Shown piece by piece: positions 30,678 through 41,510 of a DNA stretch of 52,254 bases. The notes beneath the pieces were generated by a model. It saw only the letters and a program-made list of their open reading frames with translations, searched no databases and was not told where the DNA came from. Numbering within the stretch: the stretch's first letter is position 1; every line of letters begins with the position of its first letter. Both the position numbers and the translations under genes were made by a program. This DNA is from Aquificales bacterium (lineage in GTDB: Bacteria; Aquificota; Aquificia; Aquificales; QOAS01): assembly GCA_027036735.1 (NCBI GenBank), contig JALWDU010000017.1, positions 1 through 52,254 on the forward strand, read 5' to 3'.

Positions 30678-31010
30678 ATGGATAATCACAAATGGGAAGT
30701 ATATCAAACCGAAACTTTTGGCGATTTACTAAAGGATAGGAAAAGGGCGGACTCCAAAAGGTTTGAAAAGGAAATGAGACTCCTCAAAGAGTTTCTAAAC
30801 GATTTGTTACTTTCTTTGGAAATGCGGAAACCGGTTCCCGAAAGGTGGAATTTTCATCAATTGAACAACTTTAGGTTTAAAGGTCGGTTATACAAAAATG
30901 CTTATGACGCCCACTTAAGGGGTGATTTGGTCTTAATATTGCAAATAGATTTCGACCGAAAACGGATATTTTTGCTTTTCATAGGCTCCCATTCGGAATT
31001 ATTCGGTTAA
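30678..31010 (+). CDS. YafQ-like (RelE superfamily) mRNA interferase toxin
   Basis: FHQL, YDAHLRGDLVLI and C-terminal GSHSELF; His/His/Asp/His/Phe positions typical of YafQ appear retained. Confidence 0.85.
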   Translation: MDNHKWEVYQTETFGDLLKDRKRADSKRFEKEMRLLKEFLNDLLLSLEMRKPVPERWNFHQLNNFRFKGRLYKNAYDAHLRGDLVLILQIDFDRKRIFLLFIGSHSELFG

Positions 31011-31033
31011 TCCCCCCTTAAAGGGGGAGCCCC

Positions 31034-32503
<1,470 letters not shown>

Positions 32504-32578
32504 TTAATCACCCCGCGAACAGGAAGAAATCCTCCCTAGAGGTGGAAAAGTCTAGGGTTTAGAATTTCTAACCCTCCC

Positions 32579-34384
32579 ATGGCGGTGGAATTCTTTTCAA
32601 CCCTTGTCGGTTATGTGAAGAGTTTGAAACTCCAAGAGTTGGTCGTTTTCGTTTCCTACCCTTTGGGGTTTGGTATCTCCATACTCTCCATCCGGTGGTT
32701 TTTGAAAAGGAGGCAACCGCCGCCGCAGGAGAGAGCGGCTCTATACGCCATCGACGCACTCCTCTTCGCGCTGCTGGGCGTCTTTCTACTTCAAAAGATT
32801 TACGACCCTATATTGAAGCTCCTCTTTAGGGATATGTTTTTATCCCTCACCGCCTTAGCCCTCTCCGTTTCGGTGTTTTCCATCTCCGAAAGGTTCAAAA
32901 GGCTCCGTTGGCTGACCTATACCGGTTTAATTCTCTCCCTACTCGTGGAGGTGGTAATTATCTTCACCACCGACCTGAGGTTGATAAACGTTTTAATCCC
33001 CCTTAGGAAGTTGCTGATACTGCTCTCGGTATATCCGGCGCTGTTAGCCTTGCTGGAATTGCTCCCTTCGAAGCGGTTGAGGAGGTTGCTCGCCTTTTTC
33101 TTCACCCTGCTAATGGTGGGGGTTGGCATCGCCTGGGAGTTGGGGGTTGTCGAATTCGACCTAAAGGCGTTCATAGGTTTGGCGGTTGTGGCGGTCGCCT
33201 CGCTGATATACTCCTGGTTGCTCGTAAACGGCTTAACCCTAGCCGAGAGGTTGCTAAAGAATTGGTCGGTCGAAGCCGAAGACCGCGAACAGCTACTCTC
33301 CTCCCTCCAACAGTTGGCACTCGTATTCCTTTTATGGGTTTACTGGCAGGTGGGGGTTCACACCCTAAACCTGGGGGATTTAGTCTCCAAATTGGAGAAC
33401 CTATACCTGATAGATACCGACATAGTTAGGATAAACCTCTACAACCTGCTTTCGGCATCCTTCCTCCTCTGGTTCCTCTACACCTTAATTAACCTCCTAA
33501 AGAAGGTCGTCAAGTTCCTCTTTCCCCCGCAGGAGAGGGAGGAAAAGGGGGGTTCCCTCGAGGCGGTCGTTTACAATCTCGGCATCCTCTTCGTGGTGGC
33601 GGTATTTTTGGCGAAATTGGGGCTAACCTGGAAGGTTATCCTCCCCCTAGCCGGTGCGTTGGGTATAGGTTTGGGGTTCGGTCTGCAGACTATACTCAAC
33701 AACTACGTTAGCGGTTTCATCTTGATGTTTAGCAAAAACATCAAGGTTGGTGACTTTGTGGAGCTCCCCGGCAACGCCGGGCGTTTTATAAACAATCCAT
33801 CTTCGACAATTTTTGGAAGGGTGGAGGATATCAGCGTGCTGACCACCCGCATAAAGACCCTCGACGGGATAGACATACTCGTTCCAAACTCCACCTTTAT
33901 AGGGAGCCAAATTATCAACTACTCTTTCAGGAACCATTATGTTAGGGTTAGGTTCCCCTTTGGGGTAGCCTATTCCTCCGACCCCAAAAAGGTCAAGGAG
34001 ATACTTTTAAAGGTCGCCTACGAATGTCCCTGGGCTAAAAACTATTACAAACCGCCGCAGGTGTGGTTTGTCGAAATGGGCGACAGCGCCTTAATCTTCC
34101 ACCTACTCTTTTGGGTCGATATAAGGGAGGTTTGGAGAAACGCTTATGCAACGGTGTCGCACGGTCTTTTTGACTGGGTAAACACCAACGCCTGGTATAA
34201 ACTCAAGGAGGCGGGTATAGAAATACCTTTCCCCCAACAGGACCTTTGGTTTAGAAACTCCCTAAAGGTGGTTTTGGAAAAAGATGACGGCACACCCCTT
34301 GCGGTTTTTGACAAACCAAACCTACCCCAAAGGGAGGGCGAAAATAATACCCGTGAGGGAAATAAGTCAACCACCCCGCTATGA
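32579..34384 (+). CDS. mscS: Mechanosensitive ion channel MscS family protein with extended TM region
   Basis: GALGIGLGFGLQ, NYVSGF, IKVGDFVE, VPNS, GVAYSSDP and GIEIPFPQQD; last codons and stop come from the downstream repeat. Confidence 0.93.
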   Translation: MAVEFFSTLVGYVKSLKLQELVVFVSYPLGFGISILSIRWFLKRRQPPPQERAALYAIDALLFALLGVFLLQKIYDPILKLLFRDMFLSLTALALSVSVFSISERFKRLRWLTYTGLILSLLVEVVIIFTTDLRLINVLIPLRKLLILLSVYPALLALLELLPSKRLRRLLAFFFTLLMVGVGIAWELGVVEFDLKAFIGLAVVAVASLIYSWLLVNGLTLAERLLKNWSVEAEDREQLLSSLQQLALVFLLWVYWQVGVHTLNLGDLVSKLENLYLIDTDIVRINLYNLLSASFLLWFLYTLINLLKKVVKFLFPPQEREEKGGSLEAVVYNLGILFVVAVFLAKLGLTWKVILPLAGALGIGLGFGLQTILNNYVSGFILMFSKNIKVGDFVELPGNAGRFINNPSSTIFGRVEDISVLTTRIKTLDGIDILVPNSTFIGSQIINYSFRNHYVRVRFPFGVAYSSDPKKVKEILLKVAYECPWAKNYYKPPQVWFVEMGDSALIFHLLFWVDIREVWRNAYATVSHGLFDWVNTNAWYKLKEAGIEIPFPQQDLWFRNSLKVVLEKDDGTPLAVFDKPNLPQREGENNTREGNKSTTPL

Positions 34385-34611
34385 GCAGCGCGGCTTGACT
34401 TTAGGCAGTGGCTACTCCAAAAGGAGATAACTACCACCAAGGCGGGTTGTTAGCCTAATCCCCTCACAAGGGGATTATCTTTGTTTTAGGTTAACCCGCA
34501 AGGTTTTTAAATTTTGTTATTTTTTTGTTTTTGTTCTTGTTTTTAACCTTGGGGGTTGGGGAATAGGGAACTCACCTATTCTCCCATATGTTTTCAAAGA
34601 ACCACCGCCTT
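34365..34611. mobile_element. Non-autonomous structured element copy A (IS200/IS605 omega-RNA/end-like)
   Basis: Inverted repeat of 43560-43794; starts GTCAACCACCCCGCT-ATGAGC-AGCGCGGCTTGAC; several hairpins; no transposase ORF. Confidence 0.65.
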
Positions 34612-34935
34612 GATAACTATATTATCAACAAACTTTTGGAGTTTACAAGTATTTTTCTCCCTGGGTCGCTTCCCTCTCCCTATCACAGATAGGGGGTTTC
34701 CAACGACCGTTTTCTATGAAACCCTATTTCACAACCTATAGGTGTCAAGCCTGGTCGTTTCCCCGTTTTAGGTTTCACCGAAGGTTTCGAAAACCCTCGC
34801 GGTGGTCTTTATACTCCTCCCCACCACGGTAGGGGCTCTTTTCCTCCATATCAAAATGGGTGTTCCCCTTAGGGAACTTGCGGGGTTTTTTCTCTTCGTG
34901 GTTTTCCCCTATACGGTGTTAATACTTTTCTATAA

Positions 34936-35439
34936 GTGGCTGAAAGAAAACCTCCAAAGGTGAAAGTAAGGCTAAAAAGACCTATATGGGTCGTTGTAGC
35001 CTTCGGTTGCAACGTAGGGGATTGCCAAAAACAGATAGACCTCGCCCTGGAACTGTTAAGAAAAAAGATACACCTCAAAAGGGTTTCTCCGATATACAAA
35101 TCGAAACCCTACGGGGTAGAGAATCAACCCGATTTCCTCAACGGGGTAATCTTCGGATACACCCGCCTGAAGCCGTTCGATTTGTTGCGTTTCCTCAAGT
35201 GGGTCGAAAGGGAGGTCGGTAGGGAACCCCGCTGCAGGTGGTGCGAGAGGGAAATAGACCTCGACGTGGTCTATTACGGCACTTTAGAAGTCCGCTTTGA
35301 GGAGCTGAAAATTCCCCACCCCGATAGGGTTAACAGGGATTTTGTCTTAAAACCCCTCGATTGGATTATGCCGAATTTCGAAGACCCCCTTTTGGGACTT
35401 TCCCCGAAGGGGCTTATAAGGAAATTTCTAAAGGTCTAA
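34936..35439 (+). CDS. folK: 2-amino-4-hydroxy-6-hydroxymethyldihydropteridine diphosphokinase
   Basis: AFGCNVGD, SPIYKSKPYG, QPDFLNGV, REIDLDVV and IPHP...RDFVL. Confidence 0.93.
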   Translation: MAERKPPKVKVRLKRPIWVVVAFGCNVGDCQKQIDLALELLRKKIHLKRVSPIYKSKPYGVENQPDFLNGVIFGYTRLKPFDLLRFLKWVEREVGREPRCRWCEREIDLDVVYYGTLEVRFEELKIPHPDRVNRDFVLKPLDWIMPNFEDPLLGLSPKGLIRKFLKV

Positions 35440-35744
35440 CCCCTAAGGGCTTTTATAAGCGTGAAGACCAGACCGACTATAAAGGTAGCTTGACCTATAA
35501 ATAGGACTATTAGCCACTTTAGCAAGTCATTTTTAGTCTTTTGGATTTCCGCCGTTAGTTTGCTCTCCAAAACCTGTAAATCCTGTTTGGTAGCAAGTTC
35601 CTCCTTTAATTCCTCTTTTAGGTTCGTCTTGAGGTTTAGGCTCTGTTCCTTTACAAGCTCCTCCACCGCCTCGGTGAGGGTTTTAGCCTCCTCCTCCCCG
35701 AAGTGTTTTTCAAAAATTTTGTATATCTCCAGAACCTTACCCAT
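35436..35744 (-). CDS. DUF1640/CCDC90-like coiled-coil membrane-anchored protein
   Basis: FGEEEA, LATKQDL and LLKWLI followed by a C-terminal TM helix. Confidence 0.85.
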   Translation of the reverse strand: MGKVLEIYKIFEKHFGEEEAKTLTEAVEELVKEQSLNLKTNLKEELKEELATKQDLQVLESKLTAEIQKTKNDLLKWLIVLFIGQATFIVGLVFTLIKALRG

Positions 35745-36031
35745 GGTTTTTTATTTAATCTAACCTCCGAGTGGTTATTTTTTCGGTGCCCCCAAAAGGA
35801 ATTAATAACACTTTTTCATGTACCGTAGTAGATATTCATTCAATACCACTATCACTTGCTCATGAGATTAATAATCAACCTATTAATGTCAAAAAAAGTT
35901 ATAGCCAAATTTTCCTATCCCATCTCGAGGGACTTTTAGACAAAACCCCTTGAACGGCTCCTTGGCCACTCAAAAAAATTCTCTATAAATGCCATTTAAA
36001 TTTTTAAGTTGCTATTATCAATTCTTACCCC

Positions 36032-37267
36032 ATGACGCTATATCAAAAGCTGGAATACAACTTGGAACTGATTACCCCCACCTTTATAGGTGGGGCATTT
36101 CCGGAAAGACAAGCCGAACTCCGCCCGGCTTCTTTTATAGGGATACTCCGCTGGTGGTTTAGAAATCTGGCTTTGACCGTTACAGATGATATAGATGCGA
36201 TTTATAGTTTAGAGAGTGAGCTATTTGGGAATACAGAGAAAGCAGGAAGGGTTTGGGTTAAGTTTAAGGAAATAGTAACGCAGGATTATGAGGAATTTAA
36301 AAATCCCGTAGGGGTTAATATATCTAGCTTAGCTTACTTAGGTTATGGAAATTTTAGTTTCGTAAATTGCGAAAAAAAGAAATATTTTCACATTTGTAGT
36401 AAAAATCAATTTTTTAAAGGTAATACAAATATTAAAGCCTTTATACCTTCGGGAACTACTATAAATCTAACCCTTTTAGTTCCCAAGAAATACGAAAAAC
36501 TAATAAAGAGTCTCCTTTACATAGTTTCCCAATTCGGAGCTATCGGAGGAAGAAACCGCAGAGGTTGGGGAAATTTTTATTTGAATCCTTTAGACAAAAA
36601 GGATTATTGGGATTCTTATAGAGTTGAAAAAGCATATAAAAATTTTGTAGATGCTTTATGCGAACATAATATTCCAAGAGGAAAACCGGCGCAGATTATT
36701 AAAATTTATGAAAAACGCTATAAAAAATCAAATTACTTAAAAGTTTTATATGAAATAGGTGAAGTTTATAAAGCGTTTAGAAAACAAAAATCTTTAAAAT
36801 TTTGGAATGTAAAAAGTATTTTAGCTTCTAAATCTAATGATGGTTATCTAGCATACAATTACACTTGGTTTGGACTTCCAATACAAATTAAACCTAAATC
36901 TAAAAAATGGAGAAAAAATTCAGAATTTATAGAGGTTAACTTATTTCAAAAGAAGAATAACAAAGAAGAAAGCAAAAGATTGGCATCACCTGTTTTGTTT
37001 AGAATCTTTCGGGATACAACTTTGAGAAATTACGGAGTACTTCTTATAGTTTTTGATAGAAAAGAACTTTACAGGGAGAAGGAAGGTTATTGGTTTTGGA
37101 ATTTCCCTAATAGGGAAGTCAAAGCTAAGTTAATAAAAAAAGAGGGTAAAAGGAAAGTCCTAATAGCAGAAAAGCCAGTTAGGATGGATAAGAACTTTGA
37201 AAGTTTCATAAATGAATTTCTAAATTTAGTAAAGCCTTCTTGGAAACACTCTTTAACCCTTCCTTAG
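36032..37267 (+). CDS. cmr1: Type III-B CRISPR RAMP Cmr1
   Basis: LITPTFIGGA, ELRPASFIGILRWWFR, ELFG, GAIGGRNRRGWG and RLASPV. Confidence 0.93.
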   Translation: MTLYQKLEYNLELITPTFIGGAFPERQAELRPASFIGILRWWFRNLALTVTDDIDAIYSLESELFGNTEKAGRVWVKFKEIVTQDYEEFKNPVGVNISSLAYLGYGNFSFVNCEKKKYFHICSKNQFFKGNTNIKAFIPSGTTINLTLLVPKKYEKLIKSLLYIVSQFGAIGGRNRRGWGNFYLNPLDKKDYWDSYRVEKAYKNFVDALCEHNIPRGKPAQIIKIYEKRYKKSNYLKVLYEIGEVYKAFRKQKSLKFWNVKSILASKSNDGYLAYNYTWFGLPIQIKPKSKKWRKNSEFIEVNLFQKKNNKEESKRLASPVLFRIFRDTTLRNYGVLLIVFDRKELYREKEGYWFWNFPNREVKAKLIKKEGKRKVLIAEKPVRMDKNFESFINEFLNLVKPSWKHSLTLP

Positions 37268-37277
37268 GAGGCTAAAA

Positions 37278-39482
37278 ATGGAAAATAAAACCTCTTGGTT
37301 ATTAATATTCACCTTCTCCCCCGTTCAAAGGTTTATAAGCTCCGCAAAAAAGACTAAAGACCTATTTGCGGGAAGTTATCTCCTATCCTTTCTCACAAAA
37401 ATGGTTCTAACCGAACTTGAAAATCAATTAAAGGGAAGTCTTATTAAGGTTTATCCTCAAGTGAAGGAAAACGAAATGGATTACCACTCCCTTACGGTGG
37501 GAAATTATCCAAACCGCTTTGTGGTGATTTTGAAGGATAAAACACAAGAAGAGGTGAAAGAAGTAATAAAAACTTTAAAAGGACTATTCCATAAAGAACT
37601 TTTAGAGTTAGCCGGTAATACCTGCAACCTTTTTGTTGAAAAGGCTTTGAAAGGAGCGGAGGAATGTCCCTCAAAGCTTGAAAATATCCCTCACCTGAAA
37701 AGGGCTATAGACCAATTACTGAAACACATAGAGGATTATTTCAGCGCTTTTGTGGTTGCAAAACCGGTAAGGTTATACCAAACGGGGAATAAATTTAAAA
37801 TAGAAGACTACCAAAGGGAATACGAAATAACGGAAAAACTCCTCGGGGGAAGAAAAACTTTTAGACCCTACGAGGGGAAAGTAGACAATACAACTTTTGA
37901 CGGAAAGAAATACCCCGACGGGTGCACCACCTGCGGCGAGAGACTTCACCTAGCAATAAACTGGCAAAAGGCTCGCATAGATGATGTTAGAGAAGAAGAA
38001 AAACTTTGTGGACTCTGTTATGCCAAGAGAAACCTTTACTGGGTCTATTTGAAAAATAAACTCCAAAAGGTGGAGGATAAGGAGCTTGAACTCCTGATGA
38101 CGAGATTTCCTTCAACTCACGATATAGCTTTGGCAAGGGAGAAGTATGAGTTTTTTAAAACCTTAAGAGAAATTTATCAAAATAAAGAAATTCTTCAAAA
38201 GTTCTCAAATAGGGTTGAAGATATTACCTTTTTGGTATGGGATATCCTAAGGGTACTAAAAGCATTTACCGCTGAAGGGGCTAAAAGCTATGGGATAAAT
38301 CTTTTTTACAGGAGGGAATTGGAAGAACTGATAAGACCAATATTACCCACCGAAAATGATTTAAAGAATTTCTTGAAGAGGAAACAAAAAAAGGAAGAAG
38401 CATTAGAAAACTTTAAGGAAAATTTAAAAGCTCCATGGGCTATATCCGTGGAATACCTTTCCACCTCCTTCATTGAAAAGTTATTAAAGGAGCTAAGAGA
38501 TGAAGAAAAAGAAAAAATCCAACTCCTTAGGGAGTGGCTGACCACCCTACATAACTATTTCGGTGCGGTTAAAGAGATAACCCAGAAGAATTTCGAAAAA
38601 GAATTCAACAAACCTCCCTATTTTGCAATAATCTACTCCGACGGGGATAATATAGGGAAAATACTCGGAGGGGAGGAAGAATTTTTAAAACAGGGATTGG
38701 AATTTAATTTGGAATTTCACCAAAAGTTTTCCGAAAAACTTTCGGAATACGCCTTAGAAACATCCAAAGTAATAGAAAAGCCTTCCGATAAAGGGATTGG
38801 TTTTGCAAAAGTAATCTACGCCGGAGGGGACGATATTTTCGCCTTTCTCCACGGGAGTGAGGTGATAAGGGCTCTAAGAGTTTGTTCTAAAAATTATAAA
38901 GAAAAATTGAAAAGCCTTTTAAATGAAGAAAAGGCAACCACTTCCGCGGGAGTTGTTTTAGGACACGCCAAGGTAAGTCTGAAATATATCAACGAAAAGG
39001 TAAAAGAAGCGGAAAGTAAGGCTAAAAAGGTGTTCGGAAGGAATGCATTCGTTATAAAGGTGATATCACGAAGCGGAGAAGAGAGCGAATTCGGGGCTAA
39101 ATATCAATACCGCAATAGTGGAGTGGAAATTTCAACATTAGACCTTTTGGAGGAAATAACAAAAGGATACTCCGAAGGTTATATATCTTCAAAACTACCC
39201 TACACACTGAGGGACATAGCCGACCGATTTTTCCCGCCTCCTAAGGACGAAAAAGACAACGAAAACGAAAAGAGGGAAGTAGCCAAAGCACTCCTAAAGA
39301 GGGAACTCTCGAGGAAAATAGACTCCAATTTCGGAAAAAGAGAGGAAATTACCCAAAAAGTGTTAGAGCTTTTTGAAATTCAACTCAAAGCGCACGGGCT
39401 TAAAGTAAATAAAGCGCTAAAAAACATAGCGGGAATGTTTTACGTAGCACGGAGACTATCCGATTACTACCGGGGGCTATGA
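37278..39482 (+). CDS. cas10: Type III-B Cas10/Cmr2 (no HD domain, intact palm)
   Basis: FTFSPVQRFISSAKKTKDLFAGSYLLS start, CTTCGE...LCGLC zinc ribbon, SDGDNIG, YAGGDD and SAGVV. Confidence 0.96.
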   Translation: MENKTSWLLIFTFSPVQRFISSAKKTKDLFAGSYLLSFLTKMVLTELENQLKGSLIKVYPQVKENEMDYHSLTVGNYPNRFVVILKDKTQEEVKEVIKTLKGLFHKELLELAGNTCNLFVEKALKGAEECPSKLENIPHLKRAIDQLLKHIEDYFSAFVVAKPVRLYQTGNKFKIEDYQREYEITEKLLGGRKTFRPYEGKVDNTTFDGKKYPDGCTTCGERLHLAINWQKARIDDVREEEKLCGLCYAKRNLYWVYLKNKLQKVEDKELELLMTRFPSTHDIALAREKYEFFKTLREIYQNKEILQKFSNRVEDITFLVWDILRVLKAFTAEGAKSYGINLFYRRELEELIRPILPTENDLKNFLKRKQKKEEALENFKENLKAPWAISVEYLSTSFIEKLLKELRDEEKEKIQLLREWLTTLHNYFGAVKEITQKNFEKEFNKPPYFAIIYSDGDNIGKILGGEEEFLKQGLEFNLEFHQKFSEKLSEYALETSKVIEKPSDKGIGFAKVIYAGGDDIFAFLHGSEVIRALRVCSKNYKEKLKSLLNEEKATTSAGVVLGHAKVSLKYINEKVKEAESKAKKVFGRNAFVIKVISRSGEESEFGAKYQYRNSGVEISTLDLLEEITKGYSEGYISSKLPYTLRDIADRFFPPPKDEKDNENEKREVAKALLKRELSRKIDSNFGKREEITQKVLELFEIQLKAHGLKVNKALKNIAGMFYVARRLSDYYRGL

Positions 39483-39483
39483 G

Positions 39484-40551
39484 ATGGTAGAACTTTTTGA
39501 GGTTAAAGCCTTAGACTTTTGGTCTTTCGGAGGGCTTAAAAATTTCCAAGCGGGAGTGGATACCTACAGAAAACCGGTATTTCCCCCCGACATTATGAAG
39601 TTTTTCCACATTGTGGATTTAAATAAACTCATTCCCGTAGCGGTTTTTTTGAAAAAGGAAGACGAAATTTACCTTCCCGTTCCGGCGGACTTGCTCCAAC
39701 CGAGAAAAGGAGAAAAGGGAGAGCTAAAAATCTCTCCCTTGATAAAAAAGGGAAAACTCCCCGAAGGGGCTTTAACCGATTTGGAAAGTTTTAAAGTATT
39801 GCCTTTCATTGAAAAATCGGAAGTGAAATACGAAGGAGCTAAGGGATATTTGCCTTTTGGTAAGCTTAAAAACTACTTTACGGAAAACAGAATATACGGT
39901 GCGGATACCGACAACTTAAAAGGTTTGGATTACTTTGTCAGTTTCGAACCCAAAGTGGGATTAACACTAAATTTTGACACCTTTAGCGCGGAAGAGAGCA
40001 GACTTTACTTCACGTTTGCGGTAAGACCAAAAAAAGACACCTCATTGGTTGTGGTGTTTAAAAAGAAAAACGACGATAGTGCTAAAATCGAGGAAGGAAT
40101 TTACCATATAGGCGGGGAAACGAGGGTTTCAAAAGTCCAAAAGGTGGAAAACGAAGAGTTTCAAAACTTTTTAGAGGAAAAAATTAACATATGTAAAGGA
40201 AAACTCTACAAAATTTATTTGCTATCCCACACCTACATAGATGGAAAACTCGAAATAGAAAAAACTTTGTTGAGGGTTGGAAATGTAGATTTCGAGCTCG
40301 TTTGGGCTTTCACAAAGGGCAAAGAGTGGATTAGCGGTTATAAAAAACCGGCTGTGGAGATGCTTTTACCTTCAACTGTTTTGGTTTTGAAAGCCAAGGA
40401 TGACGCTTTAACTAACAGATTAAACTACATAGGGGCAAAAACAAAGCTTCCCATTTATGAGGGCAAGGACGAAAAGAAACTAAAAGAGGAAGAAGTTTTT
40501 CTTCACGACTACGGTTGGAATTGGGGAATTTTAATACCAACGGAGGTTTAG
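39484..40551 (+). CDS. cmr3: Type III-B Cmr3
   Basis: Follows cas10; N-terminal DFWSFG..F, LYF, IGGETR and terminal YGWNWG Gly-rich motif. Confidence 0.85.
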   Translation: MVELFEVKALDFWSFGGLKNFQAGVDTYRKPVFPPDIMKFFHIVDLNKLIPVAVFLKKEDEIYLPVPADLLQPRKGEKGELKISPLIKKGKLPEGALTDLESFKVLPFIEKSEVKYEGAKGYLPFGKLKNYFTENRIYGADTDNLKGLDYFVSFEPKVGLTLNFDTFSAEESRLYFTFAVRPKKDTSLVVVFKKKNDDSAKIEEGIYHIGGETRVSKVQKVENEEFQNFLEEKINICKGKLYKIYLLSHTYIDGKLEIEKTLLRVGNVDFELVWAFTKGKEWISGYKKPAVEMLLPSTVLVLKAKDDALTNRLNYIGAKTKLPIYEGKDEKKLKEEEVFLHDYGWNWGILIPTEV

Positions 40552-40553
40552 AG

Positions 40554-41510
40554 ATGAAGTATAAGGTGGAACCTAAAAAGGTTATTTTCTTTCACGCCAT
40601 TACTCCCGTCCATATGGGGGCGGGGCAGGGTTTGGACCACATAGACCTTCCCATCCAAAGGGAACAGCATACGAAATTTCCGATTTTTTACGCATCGGGA
40701 ATAAAGGGAGCTTTGAGGCACCAGGCATTGGAAATTGCTAAGGAGGAGTGCGGAGAAGATATAAGACTAACGGAACTTGATGAATCGGTGGAACAATACA
40801 ATTGCAATAAAAACGCAGATAAAAGCGAAGAAAACCAAGAACAAAAATGTAAAGAGCAAGTGGAAATATTGGCAAAGATTTTCGGAAGTCAAAACTGTAA
40901 AGGAAAATTAACGGTAAGCGATGCAAAAATTCTGTTTTTTCCGGTTAAATCCTTAAAAGGAGTTTTTGCCTATGTAACCTGCCCCTACGTTTTAAACCGC
41001 TACGGGGAGGATACCGGAAAGGAGAAAATTTTTGACTCGGAAATTCCTGAAGGGAAAATTCTTGCTTCGGAAACATTAAAGGTAGATGACAATGAAAATA
41101 AAGTAGTCCTCGAAGAGTTTGAATTTGAAAATGGAAAGGATAAAGCAGTTAATGAAATAATAAAAAAACTAAACCTTCCCGAGGAACTAAAAAATAAGAT
41201 TTCCCAAAGGGTTGCTATAGTTAGCGACGACATTTTTAGTTATTTCGCAGAAAACCTAACCGAGGTTGTAAACAGGATAAAGGTAAATCCCGAAACTGGA
41301 ACGGTAAAAGAAGGAGGACTTTGGACGGAGGAATACCTCCCCGCCGAAAGTGTCCTCTATTCGTTGTGGTTTGAAAGCGAAGACCTAAGTGGTAATGAAG
41401 AACGCTACCTACCCTCCAATGGTTCACTTCTAATTTTGGGAGGAGACCAAACGGTTGGAAAGGGAATTGTGAAACTTTACGAAAGGGGGTTTAAAAATGA
41501 AAACTCTTAA
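40554..41510 (+). CDS. cmr4: Type III-B Cmr4 (RNA-cleaving backbone)
   Basis: HAITPVHMGAG, IDLPIQRE (catalytic Asp present), SGIKGALR, DAKILFFPVKS, LWTEEYLP and LGGDQTVGKG. Confidence 0.96.
   Translation: MKYKVEPKKVIFFHAITPVHMGAGQGLDHIDLPIQREQHTKFPIFYASGIKGALRHQALEIAKEECGEDIRLTELDESVEQYNCNKNADKSEENQEQKCKEQVEILAKIFGSQNCKGKLTVSDAKILFFPVKSLKGVFAYVTCPYVLNRYGEDTGKEKIFDSEIPEGKILASETLKVDDNENKVVLEEFEFENGKDKAVNEIIKKLNLPEELKNKISQRVAIVSDDIFSYFAENLTEVVNRIKVNPETGTVKEGGLWTEEYLPAESVLYSLWFESEDLSGNEERYLPSNGSLLILGGDQTVGKGIVKLYERGFKNENS

Noticed and set aside
35745-36031. CRISPR array beside the cmr operon
   Set aside because: No regularly spaced direct repeats here or in any other intergenic region; only one weak repeat-like word, reported separately.
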